Shown: positions 10,781-22,466 of the stretch, piece after piece
Layout: each line of letters starts with the position of its first letter
Position numbering within the stretch: the stretch's first letter is position 1
Assembly: GCA_902801755.1 (NCBI GenBank)
Contig: CADCJM010000004.1
Coordinates: 4,982 to 68,981 of the forward strand
Length of the DNA: 64,000 nt
Reading direction: 5' to 3'
Source: Oscillospiraceae bacterium
GTDB lineage: Bacteria > Bacillota > Clostridia > Saccharofermentanales > Saccharofermentanaceae
The notes under the pieces: generated by a model
Database searches by the model: none
Seen by the model: only the letters and a program-made list of their open reading frames with translations
What the model was told of the DNA's origin: nothing
Program-made: the position numbers and the translations under genes

Positions 10781-11524
10781 TTATTTACCGAACACAAAGA
10801 ATATGCGTTCATCTGAACTATTGGGTTCTTCCCTGTTAAGCTCACCATACAAGGCGAGCTTTTTAAGTCCGGCCTTTGCAGCCATATCCTCTATCTCTTC
10901 CGGAGAATAGAATCTTGCGGTAAGTTCGCCGTCGTATCTCTCGTAAAGATCGTCTTCGCACAGCTCGAAAAGCGTGAGCTCGGCGTGATTGATCTTATTC
11001 TCCTTGTCGTAATGGTTTACCCAGAGGAGAGTAAAGTCATCGTAGTCTTCATAGAAAACATTGTCTCCCAAAGACTCTTCGAAGTGATGCTTTGTGGTCG
11101 TATCAAGAATAAATACGCCGCCTTCTTCAAGGCTCTCAGATACCATGGTGAACATTTTCGCGAGGGCGGTGCTGTCAGTGATGTGGCCGACAGTATCCAT
11201 GGTCGAGATAAAACAGCCGCAAGAAGGTCCCTCATATTCAGTGATATCAGCGCAGATCCAGGAGACTGTACCTGTCTCATCTCCTGAAGATGCAATCGAG
11301 AGCATATCGGGAGATAGGTCCACACCCGTAACAGCCATGCCTTTTGATGCAAGGAAATTAGTTACCACGCCTGTTCCGCATCCAAGGTCTGTGACAGAGG
11401 TGTTATCCGTCCTGCAGTAATCTGAGATCAGACCGTAAATATATGGTCCCCAGGAAGAAGTATCCCCGTTTATCTGGAGATCGTCATAGTGACCTGCAAG
11501 TATGTCGTAAAAGCTGTCATCCAT
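10781..11524 (-). CDS. Class I SAM-dependent methyltransferase
   Basis: DLGCGTG, GVDLSPDML. Confidence 0.9.
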   Translation of the reverse strand: MDDSFYDILAGHYDDLQINGDTSSWGPYIYGLISDYCRTDNTSVTDLGCGTGVVTNFLASKGMAVTGVDLSPDMLSIASSGDETGTVSWICADITEYEGPSCGCFISTMDTVGHITDSTALAKMFTMVSESLEEGGVFILDTTTKHHFEESLGDNVFYEDYDDFTLLWVNHYDKENKINHAELTLFELCEDDLYERYDGELTARFYSPEEIEDMAAKAGLKKLALYGELNREEPNSSDERIFFVFGK

Positions 11525-11530
11525 GGATGA

Positions 11531-12868
11531 TCAAGGCAGATAGTTAAGAGGATTTGTAGTGCCGCCGTTTATGCGTACTTCGAAGTGGAGGTGGGCACCT
11601 GTCGATGTACCTGTGCTTCCGACTTCACCGATAGCCTTGCCGCGGGAAACCTTCTGGCCGTTCTTAACATAGATATCTCTTGCGTGTCCGTAGAGAGTTG
11701 AATATCCGTTGCCGTGGTCGATGATGCAGTAGTTGCCGTAACCTGAACCACCCTTGTTCTTACCTTCAACAGGCTCGGAAACCAGGATGACCGTACCGGA
11801 AGCAGCTGCCATGATCGTCTCGCCGTAGCCTGCACCGATATCTACACCGGAGTGGAACTTCTTTGTCTTATAGACAGGATGGATTCTGTATCCATAGTAA
11901 GAAGTAATGGACGTAGTATATGTAGGCCAGCGCCATGTGATGCCGTCTACGGTCTTAGTACCCTTGCTGTTGTAAGTGGTTGAACCTGCTCCGCCGCCGC
12001 CTGTTGCCGCGTGCTCTTTGTTGTACTGGGTCTGAAGGCTCTTGATCTTGCTCTCAAGCTTCTTAGCTTCTTCTTCAAGCTCGTCTTCCTTCTTTTCCCA
12101 GTTGTCGATGCTGGATTCAACGTTATTTAATGTTTCCTCAGTCTGGCCGATGAGCTTCTTTAACTCGTCTAACTGCTTCTGCTTCTCATCAGCTATAGCC
12201 TGCATATCGTCAGCATGCTGAAGCTTGATATCTGCCTGGAGCTGGGCATCGTCCAATGCTACCTGGAGCACGTCGACAGCCTGTGCGTCAGAATCGGCAA
12301 TGAGGGAGATTACTTCAAGATTTGTGAAAAAGCCTGCAATGCTGTTGGATTCCAGAAGGACTTCCAGCGTGGACTTGTTCTGGTATTCGAACATTACAGT
12401 GATTCTGTCAGAGAAGAGTTTCTGCTGCTTCTCAAGGTTTTCCTGAGCTGCAATGTACTCGTCAAGAGCCTGTGCCTTCTCATCGAGAGCTGCCTGAAGC
12501 TGGGAATAGATAAGCTCATACTGCGCCTTCTGCTCGGCATTTGCCTGATTGAGCTTGGAGAGCTCACCTGTAAGCTCGCTCTTCTGATTCTTAAGCTCTT
12601 TGATCTTGTCAGCTGCCTTTTTAGCGTCAGCCTTAGCGTTATCTCTCTTCTTCTTGGCGTTATTAATATCTTCTTTTGTTACTTTATTAAAGATAACCGG
12701 AACACCGCTTACGGCAACAACACGCTCTGAGGTGAGCCATGAGCTTGAAGCAGTAGCAATAACACAGCAAAGCAAAGCAACGAAAAACATCGCAGCTTTC
12801 TTAATTATCTTATTTCCCTTTTTCTCGTGTCTTTCAATAGTTTCCGTGTTTATCATAATATGCCTCAC
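11531..12868 (-). CDS. Coiled-coil M23 peptidase (EnvC-like FtsEX partner)
   Basis: Signal/TM, long coiled coil, HSGVD and HLHFEV intact; downstream of ftsX. Confidence 0.9.
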   Translation of the reverse strand: MRHIMINTETIERHEKKGNKIIKKAAMFFVALLCCVIATASSSWLTSERVVAVSGVPVIFNKVTKEDINNAKKKRDNAKADAKKAADKIKELKNQKSELTGELSKLNQANAEQKAQYELIYSQLQAALDEKAQALDEYIAAQENLEKQQKLFSDRITVMFEYQNKSTLEVLLESNSIAGFFTNLEVISLIADSDAQAVDVLQVALDDAQLQADIKLQHADDMQAIADEKQKQLDELKKLIGQTEETLNNVESSIDNWEKKEDELEEEAKKLESKIKSLQTQYNKEHAATGGGGAGSTTYNSKGTKTVDGITWRWPTYTTSITSYYGYRIHPVYKTKKFHSGVDIGAGYGETIMAAASGTVILVSEPVEGKNKGGSGYGNYCIIDHGNGYSTLYGHARDIYVKNGQKVSRGKAIGEVGSTGTSTGAHLHFEVRINGGTTNPLNYLP

Positions 12869-13761
12869 ACTTTGATATATTGACGTACTGATATTCCACT
12901 TCCCACAGCTCCGATTATCAATCCCATGATGACAAGGATAACCAGCTCATGCCACATAAGTGATCTTGTGGTGGCAAGGGCATAGAAACTTGAAGGATCG
13001 ATGGAGCTCATAGCCTTAACATAGATTGAGTGATAAGCAATGATGGTTATCGCCCAGGATGTCAGCGCGCTGAACAGGCCTACAATGGCGCCCTCAGTAA
13101 TATAAGGGAGTCTGATATAGTTGTTCGTCGCACCGACGAATTTCATGATCTCGATCTCGGATGCTCTGGAGTATACAGAGATGCGGACCATGTTCGAAAT
13201 AATGAACAATGCGATTATAAACAGGACAACGAACGATACCGCTGTGGCGATATTTACGATCCTTGAAGCCCTCGTAAGGAAAGTCATTACGTTGCTTTCC
13301 TGGGAGACCTTGGAAACTCCTGTATATGTTGCAACTTCAGCACAGACGTCATTAGCCTTTGAAGGATCCTGAAGTCTTAAGTTGAATGTATAAGGCAGAT
13401 ACATGTTGTAGTCGAAATCATCAAGGATGGATGAAGATGAACCGAGATTCGACTTGAAGTTATTGTAGTTCTGCTCAGGAGAAGACATGGTGAACTCAAT
13501 GATGTCAGGGTTTGCCTGCAATGCCTGGGCGACGAAGTTTCTCTCTTCCTCAGAGCACTGGAGGTTCATGTAAACCTCAATAGGGGGCCTTTGTGAGAGC
13601 TTTGTCATGATCCTTCTCGCGTTAACGGAAAAGATATAGAAAGCACCCATGATGATGAGCATCAACATGATGGTCGTGATTGAGGCTATAGTAACCAGCG
13701 GATGTCTGATAATTCCGCGGAAGCCTTCTTTAATTGAATTTATAAAAGCTCTTCCGGTCAT
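12865..13761 (-). CDS. ftsX: Cell division permease FtsX
   Basis: 4 TM, EIEIMKFVGAT; follows ftsE. Confidence 0.92.
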   Translation of the reverse strand: MTGRAFINSIKEGFRGIIRHPLVTIASITTIMLMLIIMGAFYIFSVNARRIMTKLSQRPPIEVYMNLQCSEEERNFVAQALQANPDIIEFTMSSPEQNYNNFKSNLGSSSSILDDFDYNMYLPYTFNLRLQDPSKANDVCAEVATYTGVSKVSQESNVMTFLTRASRIVNIATAVSFVVLFIIALFIISNMVRISVYSRASEIEIMKFVGATNNYIRLPYITEGAIVGLFSALTSWAITIIAYHSIYVKAMSSIDPSSFYALATTRSLMWHELVILVIMGLIIGAVGSGISVRQYIKV

Positions 13762-15254
13762 TAGTCATCATCCTCCGGGATCATATCAATATCGGTTCCG
13801 GGCATGAAATCTGTCCTTCTTACCTTTTTCTTCTTATCAAGTTTTTCCTTGCGCTTTGCTTCCTTCAGAGCAGCCTTCTCTTCCTTTTCCCTGCGCTTGA
13901 ACGCACGTCTTACTTCTCTGGAATTGTCAGGTTCCTCATTGGAATATTCGAAAGTCTCATCCGGATCAAGATCAGGATCTAAAGCAGGCTTGCTCTCGAA
14001 TGCCTGCTTGGGAATTGCAGGAGCAGCCTTCTCCTCGTCGCCGAATGTAACCTTTGTTGTATCTTCAGGAATATTGATCTCAATAACTTCTGCTCTTACG
14101 GGAGCATCTCCCTCATCAGGCTCAAGCTTTGCTTCAGGCTTTGCCTTAACTTCGGGTTCTTCCTTTGCAGCGGGCTCAGCATTAACAACAGGCTCTTCCT
14201 TTACTTCAGGCTCAGCCTTGATAACGGGTTCCTCCTTAAATAATGGAACCGGCGCTGCTTCAGGAGCTTTTACTTCCTCGATCATATCTTCTGTGATCAC
14301 TTCTTCAGGAAGATCCCGGATATTAGTGATCTCCTTGTCGAGGTCGAATTCAGGCTTGAATGACTCTTCAACAGGAGCGTATTCTCTTGCATTCTTCTCG
14401 CCGAACATTACGCCTGCCGGACGTACAGCTGCCTTTGTATCAGCATATTCTGCATCGTCATAATCGTCGCTGTATTCAGCATCATCGCCGAAAGATACAG
14501 CGTGTGCAGGTATTTCTCCGCCATAAAGGGAAGTTCTTGATGCCTGGGGCTGATAGATCTCGTGTTCCTGATCGCCCTTATATCCGCTGTCCTTCTCGTC
14601 TCTTAAGATGAGACCGTCTTCGATCTCGATAACTCTCTGCTTCATGCGGTCAACCATTGCACTGTCGTGTGTGCAGATGATAACCGTTGTATGGCCGTTC
14701 CTGTTGATCTCAAGGAGCATTGCCATAATAGCTTCAGATGTCTCAGGGTCTAAGTTGCCCGTAGGCTCGTCTGCTACGATAAGGCTCGGATTGTTTACCA
14801 TTGCGCGTGCAATAGCGACTCTCTGCTGCTCACCGCCCGAGAGCTCCTGAGGATAACAGTCTGCCTTCTCCTTAAGTCCTACGACTGATAAGCAGATCTG
14901 AACCGTATTGTTCAAGCTTTGCTTGGGTACACCGATGATCTCGCCTGCGAAGGCTACGTTCTCGGCAACTGTCTTTGTCTCGATAAGACGGAAATCCTGG
15001 TAGATCATTCCGATCTTACGGCGCAAATGAGGTACGAGCGCACGGCTCATATGTGAAATATCGAAGTTATCGATAGTAACTTTGCCTGATGTGGGTCTCT
15101 CCTCACAAGTGATGCACTTGAGAAGGGTCGACTTTCCTGATCCTGATTTGCCGATGACGAAGACGAACTCGCCGTCTTCGATAGTAAGGTTGATGCCCTT
15201 TAAGGCTTCAACGCCTGAAGCGTATGTTTTCTCTACATCAATAAAATCTATCAA
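13761..15254 (-). CDS. ftsE: Cell division ATPase FtsE with long acidic C-terminal tail
   Basis: GKSGSGKS, YQDFRL, LSGGEQQR, ADEPTGNLDP, then about 270 aa low-complexity tail. Confidence 0.9.
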   Translation of the reverse strand: MIDFIDVEKTYASGVEALKGINLTIEDGEFVFVIGKSGSGKSTLLKCITCEERPTSGKVTIDNFDISHMSRALVPHLRRKIGMIYQDFRLIETKTVAENVAFAGEIIGVPKQSLNNTVQICLSVVGLKEKADCYPQELSGGEQQRVAIARAMVNNPSLIVADEPTGNLDPETSEAIMAMLLEINRNGHTTVIICTHDSAMVDRMKQRVIEIEDGLILRDEKDSGYKGDQEHEIYQPQASRTSLYGGEIPAHAVSFGDDAEYSDDYDDAEYADTKAAVRPAGVMFGEKNAREYAPVEESFKPEFDLDKEITNIRDLPEEVITEDMIEEVKAPEAAPVPLFKEEPVIKAEPEVKEEPVVNAEPAAKEEPEVKAKPEAKLEPDEGDAPVRAEVIEINIPEDTTKVTFGDEEKAAPAIPKQAFESKPALDPDLDPDETFEYSNEEPDNSREVRRAFKRREKEEKAALKEAKRKEKLDKKKKVRRTDFMPGTDIDMIPEDDD

Positions 15255-15259
15255 TTTGG

Positions 15260-16390
15260 TTACCTGATCTTGTTGTCATTGGTATCGTTAAGATAGTCGA
15301 TGTAGGTTCTTACCATTGTGGCCATCTTAAAGAGTACCGCGTCGTCAAATTTCCTTAGGTCAAGTCCGGTCTTTGTCTTCACCTTCTCGAGCCTGTATAC
15401 AAGCGTATTTCTATGGACGAACAGTTCTCTTGAAGTCTCGGAACCGTTAAGGTCATTCGCAAAGAATGTGTCGATAGTGGTCCTCGTCTCCTCGTCTAAC
15501 TGCTTAAATGCTTCGTTAGGGAAAACTTCTCTGATGAACATTTCGCAAAGGGGCTTAGGAAGCTGGTAGATAAGTCTGCCCAGACCGAGCTTGTCATATC
15601 TGGAGAGATCTGACTCACCGTCGAAGATCTTGCTTACCTTAAGCGCTGTCATAGCATCTGAATAGGATTTGCTGATATCCATGAAGGAACCTACTACAGA
15701 ACCTACGGCAACCTTAGCCTTGCAGCCTTCGGATGTGAGACATGCCAGAACAGACTGTGAAGTCTCTTCAATGAAGCTGTCCTTTGTCTCTTCGCTTACC
15801 TGGGATTCGAGTGCATCGATGATGACGATAGCTGTCGTGTCATCCATGGAGATGACTGTTGCGATATCTGAATCCGTGTAGAGATTCTGGAGTATCTCGA
15901 ATGCTTCTGCGCTCTGCTCGGCTGCAGTTCTAACAACGAGAACGAGTCTCGGATTGTTGCAGTCGATCTTATATCCCCTTGCGATCATTGGAACTTCTGA
16001 TCTGATCTCGTTATCGAGCAAAACGTTACGGATGAAGATCGCCTTCTCCGCATCTGTTCCCTTCTCTTTTACAAGAGTCTTCATCCACTCTGCGATGAGC
16101 TGGAGTGAGATCTTTGCATCGGGATCAGTACTCTCGATATAGAGAATGTACTTGAGCTGTTCGCCGATAAACACTTTCAGATATGTTCTGTCAGCGGTGG
16201 AAGCGAAAAGATTATCTGAAGATACGACTGCTCTGAAGGAAGGATCTGTCTCTTCTTCACCAATCTCATTCGTAGCAGCTAAGATCTTACCGGCCGTGTC
16301 AATCACTCCGCAGTTAGCGGAAATAATTGTCTTTACCTGACGCATGCATTTCTTTATCTCTTCCATGGCTTTCCACCTCTCAAGAAGCAT
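15260..16390 (-). CDS. CdaR/PucR-family transcriptional regulator
   Basis: C-terminal LFVHRNTLVYRLEK HTH. Confidence 0.9.
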   Translation of the reverse strand: MLLERWKAMEEIKKCMRQVKTIISANCGVIDTAGKILAATNEIGEEETDPSFRAVVSSDNLFASTADRTYLKVFIGEQLKYILYIESTDPDAKISLQLIAEWMKTLVKEKGTDAEKAIFIRNVLLDNEIRSEVPMIARGYKIDCNNPRLVLVVRTAAEQSAEAFEILQNLYTDSDIATVISMDDTTAIVIIDALESQVSEETKDSFIEETSQSVLACLTSEGCKAKVAVGSVVGSFMDISKSYSDAMTALKVSKIFDGESDLSRYDKLGLGRLIYQLPKPLCEMFIREVFPNEAFKQLDEETRTTIDTFFANDLNGSETSRELFVHRNTLVYRLEKVKTKTGLDLRKFDDAVLFKMATMVRTYIDYLNDTNDNKIR

Positions 16391-16483
16391 ATATGAGCGT
16401 CCATAAAACGCTACATTAAATCATATTATTTTTCTTTAAAAGGTGCAAGTTTTAAGGGCAGAACTGACACTGATTTGCCACAT

Positions 16484-16524
16484 AAAAAGAGGCCGTGAAC
16501 TCTTATTTAGAATTCACGGCCTCT
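16484..16524 (-). terminator. Intrinsic terminator after msmK
   Basis: AGAGGCCGTGAA/TTCACGGCCTCT stem plus U-tract on minus. Confidence 0.8.
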
Positions 16525-16551
16525 GAATTGAGGTTCTAAGATTAATTACTA

Positions 16552-17667
16552 TTAGGAAATGATGCTCTGCTCTGTATCCTTGTCGAAGAGGTGGATACGG
16601 TTGGAGTCAACTGCGAGGTCAACAACCTGACCAACTGCGGACTGAGAAGTTGTAGGGTCAACACGGCATGTGAGCGGGAGTGATCCGTTAACTGTAACGT
16701 AGAGGTATGTCTCAGCACCGAGCATTTCGACGACGTCAACGTCAGCTGTGAATGCAGACTCAGGGTGATCTGTAACGTATGTAATATCGTCTGTGATTGC
16801 CTCAGGTCTTACACCGAAGATAACTTCCTGACCGTCGCGCTCCATAACTTCCTCAACTGCATATCTCTCAGGAAGCTTGATTGTAACGTTCTCGAAAGAA
16901 ACGAATACATCAGAACCTTCAACGTTGATAACTGCGTTGATGAAGTTCATAGGAGGCATTCCGATGAATCCTGCTACGAATGTGTTAACCGGGTTGTCAT
17001 AGAGCTCTGTAGGAGAGTCAACCTGCTGGATGAAGCCGTCCTTCATAACTACGATTCTGGTACCCATGGTCATAGCTTCTGTCTGGTCGTGTGTAACGTA
17101 AACGAATGTTGTCTTAAGTCTGTGGTGGAGCTTTGTGATCTCAACACGCATCTGTACACGGAGCTTAGCGTCCAAGTTGGAGAGAGGCTCGTCCATGAGG
17201 AAGACCTTAGGGTCACGTACGATAGCACGGCCGAGAGCAACTCTCTGACGCTGACCACCGGAGAGAGCCTTAGGCTTTCTGTCTAAGAGGTGCTCGATCT
17301 CAAGGATCTTAGCTGCTTCCTGAACACGGCGGTTGATCTCGTCCTTAGGCATCTTTCTGAGCTTAAGTGCGAATGCCATGTTGTCACGAACTGACATGTG
17401 AGGATAGAGAGCGTAGTTCTGGAAAACCATTGCGATGTCTCTGTCCTTAGGGAGAACGTCGTTTACACAACGATCGTCGATATAGATCTCACCCTCGGAA
17501 ATGTCTTCAAGACCAGCGAGCATACGGAGTGTTGTAGACTTACCGCATCCGGAAGGACCAACGAGGATAACGAATTCCTTATCTGCTACGTCAAGATTGA
17601 AATCTGAAACTGCGACTACGCCGCCTTCATACTTCTTGTAAACGTGCTGGAAAGATAAACTTGCCAT
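16552..17667 (-). CDS. msmK: Multiple-sugar ABC transporter ATPase (MsmK/MalK/UgpC family)
   Basis: [31 protein letters not shown]; TOBE C-terminus. Confidence 0.93.
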   Translation of the reverse strand: MASLSFQHVYKKYEGGVVAVSDFNLDVADKEFVILVGPSGCGKSTTLRMLAGLEDISEGEIYIDDRCVNDVLPKDRDIAMVFQNYALYPHMSVRDNMAFALKLRKMPKDEINRRVQEAAKILEIEHLLDRKPKALSGGQRQRVALGRAIVRDPKVFLMDEPLSNLDAKLRVQMRVEITKLHHRLKTTFVYVTHDQTEAMTMGTRIVVMKDGFIQQVDSPTELYDNPVNTFVAGFIGMPPMNFINAVINVEGSDVFVSFENVTIKLPERYAVEEVMERDGQEVIFGVRPEAITDDITYVTDHPESAFTADVDVVEMLGAETYLYVTVNGSLPLTCRVDPTTSQSAVGQVVDLAVDSNRIHLFDKDTEQSIIS

Positions 17668-18059
17668 AACTTATAACCTCCAAAAAATGTGCCCAACAGA
17701 TGGGCAAGATAACTACGAGAATAGTATCAAACCGCTTATTTGTTTACTATATGACACTCTCACCAAAAAAAGTTTTGCTATTTTGGCATAGTAATTTCCG
17801 TTGCTTGGTAAATATATCAATTGCCCCTAAATTATTTTGTGAGTGTTGTACAAGAAAAAGAGGCAAATGTAATAATTTGGGGCATTTTTAAACTTTTTTT
17901 GTGTTGTGCAATATATCTTTTCGGGCCCGAAAAATACTTATTTAATGTTACTTTTGTATGACCTTTGCAGCATTTTATGAAAGGATCCGGGTTTATGCGA
18001 TATTATGCGAAGTGGTCCTTCCCTGTTTATATATGTAAATAAATTTATGCAGAAACTTG

Positions 18060-18103
18060 TTGACTTTTGAATATTTATACATTATATTGCATAAATCAAA
18101 CAT
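18060..18103 (+). promoter_or_regulatory. arg operon promoter with tandem ARG boxes
   Basis: TTGACT-17-TATATT; TGAATATTTATACA (18068-18081) and TGCATAAATCAAACA (18088-18102) resemble ArgR/AhrC boxes. Confidence 0.75.
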
Positions 18104-18142
18104 CAGGGTGGGGATTATCCACCCATACCGGAGGCAAATAAA

Positions 18143-19219
18143 ATGGCAGTTGAAGAATCTGTAAAGTATGTATCTATCATCGGATCCACAGGATATGTCG
18201 GAGCAGAACTCGTAAGAGGTTTTGCAGCTCATCCTTACTTCAGATTCCGTCATCTTACAAGCCAGACTTTCGCAGGCAAGCCTTATTCCGATATATATCC
18301 TGAATTCAGGGGCATCGTAGACAATCTCTGTGAAGACCTTCCCTATGCGGAAGTCGCAAAGGATTCAGACCTTGTTATCACAGCACTTCCCCACGGAGTA
18401 TCCGCAAAGATCGTTCCCGAACTTCTTGCATCAGGCGCAAAGGTCATCGATCACAGCGGTGACTTCAGATATAAGGATCTTGCTACTTATGAGAAGTCCT
18501 ACAGTCTTACCCATCCCAATCCTGAGCTCCTGAAGGATGCTGTTTACGGCCTTCCCGAGTTCTACAGAGAGCAGCTTAAGACTGCAAACCTCGTAGCAAA
18601 CCCCGGATGCTATCCCACATGCTCACTCGTAGCTCTCGCTCCTTTCCTTAAGAATCATCTTATTGAGGAGGATTCGATCATTATCGATGCTACATCAGGT
18701 GTCAGCGGTGCCGGAAGAAAGTCCGATCTCGCATATGCATTCTGCGAACTTGATGAGTCCTTCAAGCCTTATGGTGCTGTGGGACACCGCCACACAACAG
18801 AGATCGCTGAGCAGTGTTCCTTCCTCGCAGGAAAGAATTCAGGTGATATCAAAGTAACATTTACTCCCCACCTTGCACCTTTCAAGCGCGGAATGCTCGC
18901 AAGCGTTTATGCAAAGCCCTCTGCTGCTTTCACTGACGTTTCGAGCGAGAAGATAAATGCAATATATAAGGATTTTTATAAGGACGAACAGTTTGTAAGA
19001 GTCCTTTCAGGAAAGACTTTGCCTGATATCAAGGCGGTAGCATGCTCCAACTACATCGACGTAAACGGTGTATATGATCCCGAGACTAATATGATCAAGC
19101 TCTTCACGGCTCAGGACAATCTCGGCAAGGGCGCTGCACTTCAGGCGATCCAGTCAGCAAACGTAATGTTCGGCTTCGAAGAGACAGCCGGACTTAAGAA
19201 TATCGTAAGAGGTATCTGA
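18143..19219 (+). CDS. argC: N-acetyl-gamma-glutamyl-phosphate reductase
   Basis: [23 protein letters not shown]. Confidence 0.96.
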   Translation: MAVEESVKYVSIIGSTGYVGAELVRGFAAHPYFRFRHLTSQTFAGKPYSDIYPEFRGIVDNLCEDLPYAEVAKDSDLVITALPHGVSAKIVPELLASGAKVIDHSGDFRYKDLATYEKSYSLTHPNPELLKDAVYGLPEFYREQLKTANLVANPGCYPTCSLVALAPFLKNHLIEEDSIIIDATSGVSGAGRKSDLAYAFCELDESFKPYGAVGHRHTTEIAEQCSFLAGKNSGDIKVTFTPHLAPFKRGMLASVYAKPSAAFTDVSSEKINAIYKDFYKDEQFVRVLSGKTLPDIKAVACSNYIDVNGVYDPETNMIKLFTAQDNLGKGAALQAIQSANVMFGFEETAGLKNIVRGI

Positions 19220-19221
19220 TT

Positions 19222-20166
19222 ATGGCAGGACAGAAAGAAAGTCCCGTTATCACGGGCGACATGAAAAACAATGTGGACAGGGCTTCGATCCTCATCGAAT
19301 CACTTCCTTATATCAGGAAGATGAGAGGTCAGACCTTCGTCATCAAGTACGGCGGAAATGCCATGATCAACGAAGAGCTTAAGCAGTCAGTAATGGATGA
19401 CATTACCCTCCTTAAGTACATCGGTATCAATCCGGTTATCGTCCACGGCGGCGGACCTGACATCAGCGACATGCTGAATAAGGTTAATAAAGAGTCCCAC
19501 TTCGTTAACGGATTAAGGTATACAGATAAAGAGACTATGGGCTATGCCCAGATGGTCCTCATCGGCAAGACCAACAAGGATATCGTATCAACTCTCTGCG
19601 GCAAGGGCGCCAAAGCAATCGGTATCTCCGGTATCGACGGCAATCTTATCGAAGCTGAGAAGATGACAGAAGATGCCGAAGGCAATGCCATCGACATCGG
19701 TTATGTAGGCAAGATCAAGAAGATCAATACAAAGGTCATCTCCATGCTCGCAAACGACGAGTACATCCCCGTTATCGCTCCTATCGGCGTAGGCAGGAAC
19801 GGCGAGAGTTATAACATCAACGCAGATACAGTAGCTGCAGAAGTTGCAGTTGCCCTGGGCGCTTCAAAGCTCATCACCCTCACAGATGTTGGAGGTGTTT
19901 TAAGAAAGCTCGAAGACGGCTCAGACTATATCATTCCTGTTTTGGACGAGAAAGACATCAAGGAACTCGTCGAGGAGGGCATTATCAAAGGCGGCATGAT
20001 CCCCAAGATCGAAGGCTGTCTTGATACAGTATTGCGTGGTGTCGACCGTGCACACATAATAGATGGAAGAATCCCTCATTCTATTATTCTCGAAACATTT
20101 ACCAAAAACGGTATCGGCACAATGATCGTAAAGGAGAAAAAAGAACATTATGAGTATAGAAAATGA
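19222..20166 (+). CDS. argB: Acetylglutamate kinase
   Basis: KYGGNAM, VHGGGP, NINAD, GGMIPK. Confidence 0.96.
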   Translation: MAGQKESPVITGDMKNNVDRASILIESLPYIRKMRGQTFVIKYGGNAMINEELKQSVMDDITLLKYIGINPVIVHGGGPDISDMLNKVNKESHFVNGLRYTDKETMGYAQMVLIGKTNKDIVSTLCGKGAKAIGISGIDGNLIEAEKMTEDAEGNAIDIGYVGKIKKINTKVISMLANDEYIPVIAPIGVGRNGESYNINADTVAAEVAVALGASKLITLTDVGGVLRKLEDGSDYIIPVLDEKDIKELVEEGIIKGGMIPKIEGCLDTVLRGVDRAHIIDGRIPHSIILETFTKNGIGTMIVKEKKEHYEYRK

Positions 20167-21514
20167 TTTCGGCCTGATTCAGGATTTCGATAAAAACTAT
20201 TGTCTTCAGGTATTCAACCTCCTCCCTGTTGCTTTCGTTAAGGGCAAGGGCTGCTATCTTTATGATACAAACGGAACCAAATACCTTGATATGATCGGCG
20301 GTATCGCCGTTAACTGCCTGGGATATGCCCATCCCAAGCTCACATCAGCAATCTGCAACCAGGCAAAGAACATCATTCACGCCTGCAACTACTATTACAT
20401 TCCCCAGAAGTCAGAGCTCGCATACAGGCTCTGCCGCGCAAGCTTTGCAGATAAGGTATTCTTCTGCAATTCCGGCGCCGAGGCTAATGAAGCAGCGATC
20501 AAGCTTGCTCGCAGTTATTTCTACTATAAGGATATTAACAAGTACGAGATCATCACAGCAGACATGAGCTTCCACGGAAGGACCATGGGTACTGTTGCAG
20601 CAACAGGCCAGGCTAAGTTCCAGAGGCCTTTTGAACCTAATCTCCCCGGCTTTGTTCATGTTCCTTATAACGACATCGATGCATTGATCGAAGCCGTTAA
20701 TCCCAAGACTGCAGCAATCATGTTGGAACTCGTCCAGGGCGAGAGCGGAGTTCATCCGGCTGACCTCGAATACATCCAGGCAGTTAAGAAGCTCTGTGTC
20801 GAGAAGGGCGTCCTTCTCATCATTGATGAGGTCCAGACAGGAATCGGACGTACAGGCAAGATGTTCTGCTATCAGAATTACGGCGTACAGCCTGACATCA
20901 TGACACTCGCCAAGGGCCTTGGCGGCGGCGTTCCGATCGGCGCTATGCTTACTACAAACGAAGTTGCAACAGGCATGAAGCCCGGTGATCACGGTTCCAC
21001 ATTCGGCGGCAACCCCCTGGCTTGCGCAGCAGGAAATGCAGTACTTGAGACTATCGAAGAAGAAAACATCATCGATAATGTAAGAGAAGTAAGCGAGGAG
21101 CTTTTCGAGAAGCTCAACAAGTTAAGGAGCAAGTACAACTGCATACGCTCGGTAAGGGGCAAGGGCCTTCTTATCGGTATCGAATTTGACGATACTATCA
21201 CTGCTGCAGGCATGCGTGAACAGCTCTTCACAATGGGCATTCTCGTAAGCGCAATCGGCAAATCAACGATCAGGCTCGCACCGCCCCTCATCATTACGAA
21301 GGCTCAGGCAAACCAGTTCGTTAAGGCTCTCGACAAGATCTTGAAGAACGTTCAGGGACCGAAGAATGTTTTCGACAAGTTAAAGGATGCGATCCCTTCA
21401 AAGAAGCAGATCAAGGAATCTGCAGCAAACGTAGGCAATGCAAAGATCGATAAGCTCGACCAGCTTGGACTTACAGACGGAAAAGACAGCAAACCCGCAG
21501 ATATCGACGACTGA
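20150..21514 (+). CDS. argD: Acetylornithine aminotransferase
   Basis: [21 protein letters not shown]; about 55 aa C-terminal extension. Confidence 0.94.
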   Translation: MSIENDFGLIQDFDKNYCLQVFNLLPVAFVKGKGCYLYDTNGTKYLDMIGGIAVNCLGYAHPKLTSAICNQAKNIIHACNYYYIPQKSELAYRLCRASFADKVFFCNSGAEANEAAIKLARSYFYYKDINKYEIITADMSFHGRTMGTVAATGQAKFQRPFEPNLPGFVHVPYNDIDALIEAVNPKTAAIMLELVQGESGVHPADLEYIQAVKKLCVEKGVLLIIDEVQTGIGRTGKMFCYQNYGVQPDIMTLAKGLGGGVPIGAMLTTNEVATGMKPGDHGSTFGGNPLACAAGNAVLETIEEENIIDNVREVSEELFEKLNKLRSKYNCIRSVRGKGLLIGIEFDDTITAAGMREQLFTMGILVSAIGKSTIRLAPPLIITKAQANQFVKALDKILKNVQGPKNVFDKLKDAIPSKKQIKESAANVGNAKIDKLDQLGLTDGKDSKPADIDD

Positions 21515-21542
21515 TACATAGAGAATTTAAGGAGTAATTACA

Positions 21543-22466
21543 ATGAAGCATTATATTGATTTCCACAGAGACGTTTCCTTCGAAGATCTTGATTATCTTT
21601 TGGACGTGGCAGTAGATCTTAAGGCAAAGACAAAGGCCGGCATCGAGCACCACCTCCTCAAGGGCAAGTCACTTGCCATGATCTTCACAAAGTCTTCCAC
21701 AAGAACAAGAGTCTCCTTTGAAGTCGGCATGTATCAGCTGGGCGGCCAGGCACTTTTCTTAAGCAACAATGACATCCAGATCGGCAGAGGCGAGACCATC
21801 TACGATACTGCAAACGTGCTGTCCGGAATGGTCGACGGCATCATGATCAGAACATTCAAGCACCAGGACGTTGAAGACCTCGCAAAGTATGGTAAGGTTC
21901 CGGTAATCAACGGTCTTACAGACGACCAGCACCCTACACAGGTATTGGCTGACCTCCTTACTATCAAGGAGCATAAGGGCACACTTAAGGGCCTCAAGAT
22001 GGCTTACTTAGGCGACGGAAACAACATGGCAAACTCCCTCCTCCACGCTTGTGCAAAAGCAGGAATGGACATTTCCGTTGCTTCCCCCAAGGATTACACA
22101 TGCCCTGACAAGTATGTTCTCGAAGCCAAGGAAGACGCTAAGGTCACAGGCTCAAAGATCGTCATGACCGAAGATCCTTTCGAAGCAGCTGAAGGCGCTG
22201 ACGTTATCTACACAGATACATGGACATCCATGGGCCAGGAAGCTGAGAAGGCTCAGAGAATCGAGATCTTCAAGAACTATCAGGTTAATTCAAAGCTTAT
22301 GGGCGTTGCTCATTCCGATGCGATCTTCATGCACTGCCTCCCTGCTTACAGAGGCTATGAAGTAACAGAAGACGTTATCGACGGACCTCAGAGCGTTGTT
22401 TTCGACGAAGCTGAGAACAGACTCCACGCTCACAAGGCAATCCTCGTAAACTGCTTCCTTAACTGA
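21543..22466 (+). CDS. argF: Ornithine carbamoyltransferase
   Basis: SSTRTR, HPTQ, SMG, HCLP. Confidence 0.97.
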   Translation: MKHYIDFHRDVSFEDLDYLLDVAVDLKAKTKAGIEHHLLKGKSLAMIFTKSSTRTRVSFEVGMYQLGGQALFLSNNDIQIGRGETIYDTANVLSGMVDGIMIRTFKHQDVEDLAKYGKVPVINGLTDDQHPTQVLADLLTIKEHKGTLKGLKMAYLGDGNNMANSLLHACAKAGMDISVASPKDYTCPDKYVLEAKEDAKVTGSKIVMTEDPFEAAEGADVIYTDTWTSMGQEAEKAQRIEIFKNYQVNSKLMGVAHSDAIFMHCLPAYRGYEVTEDVIDGPQSVVFDEAENRLHAHKAILVNCFLN

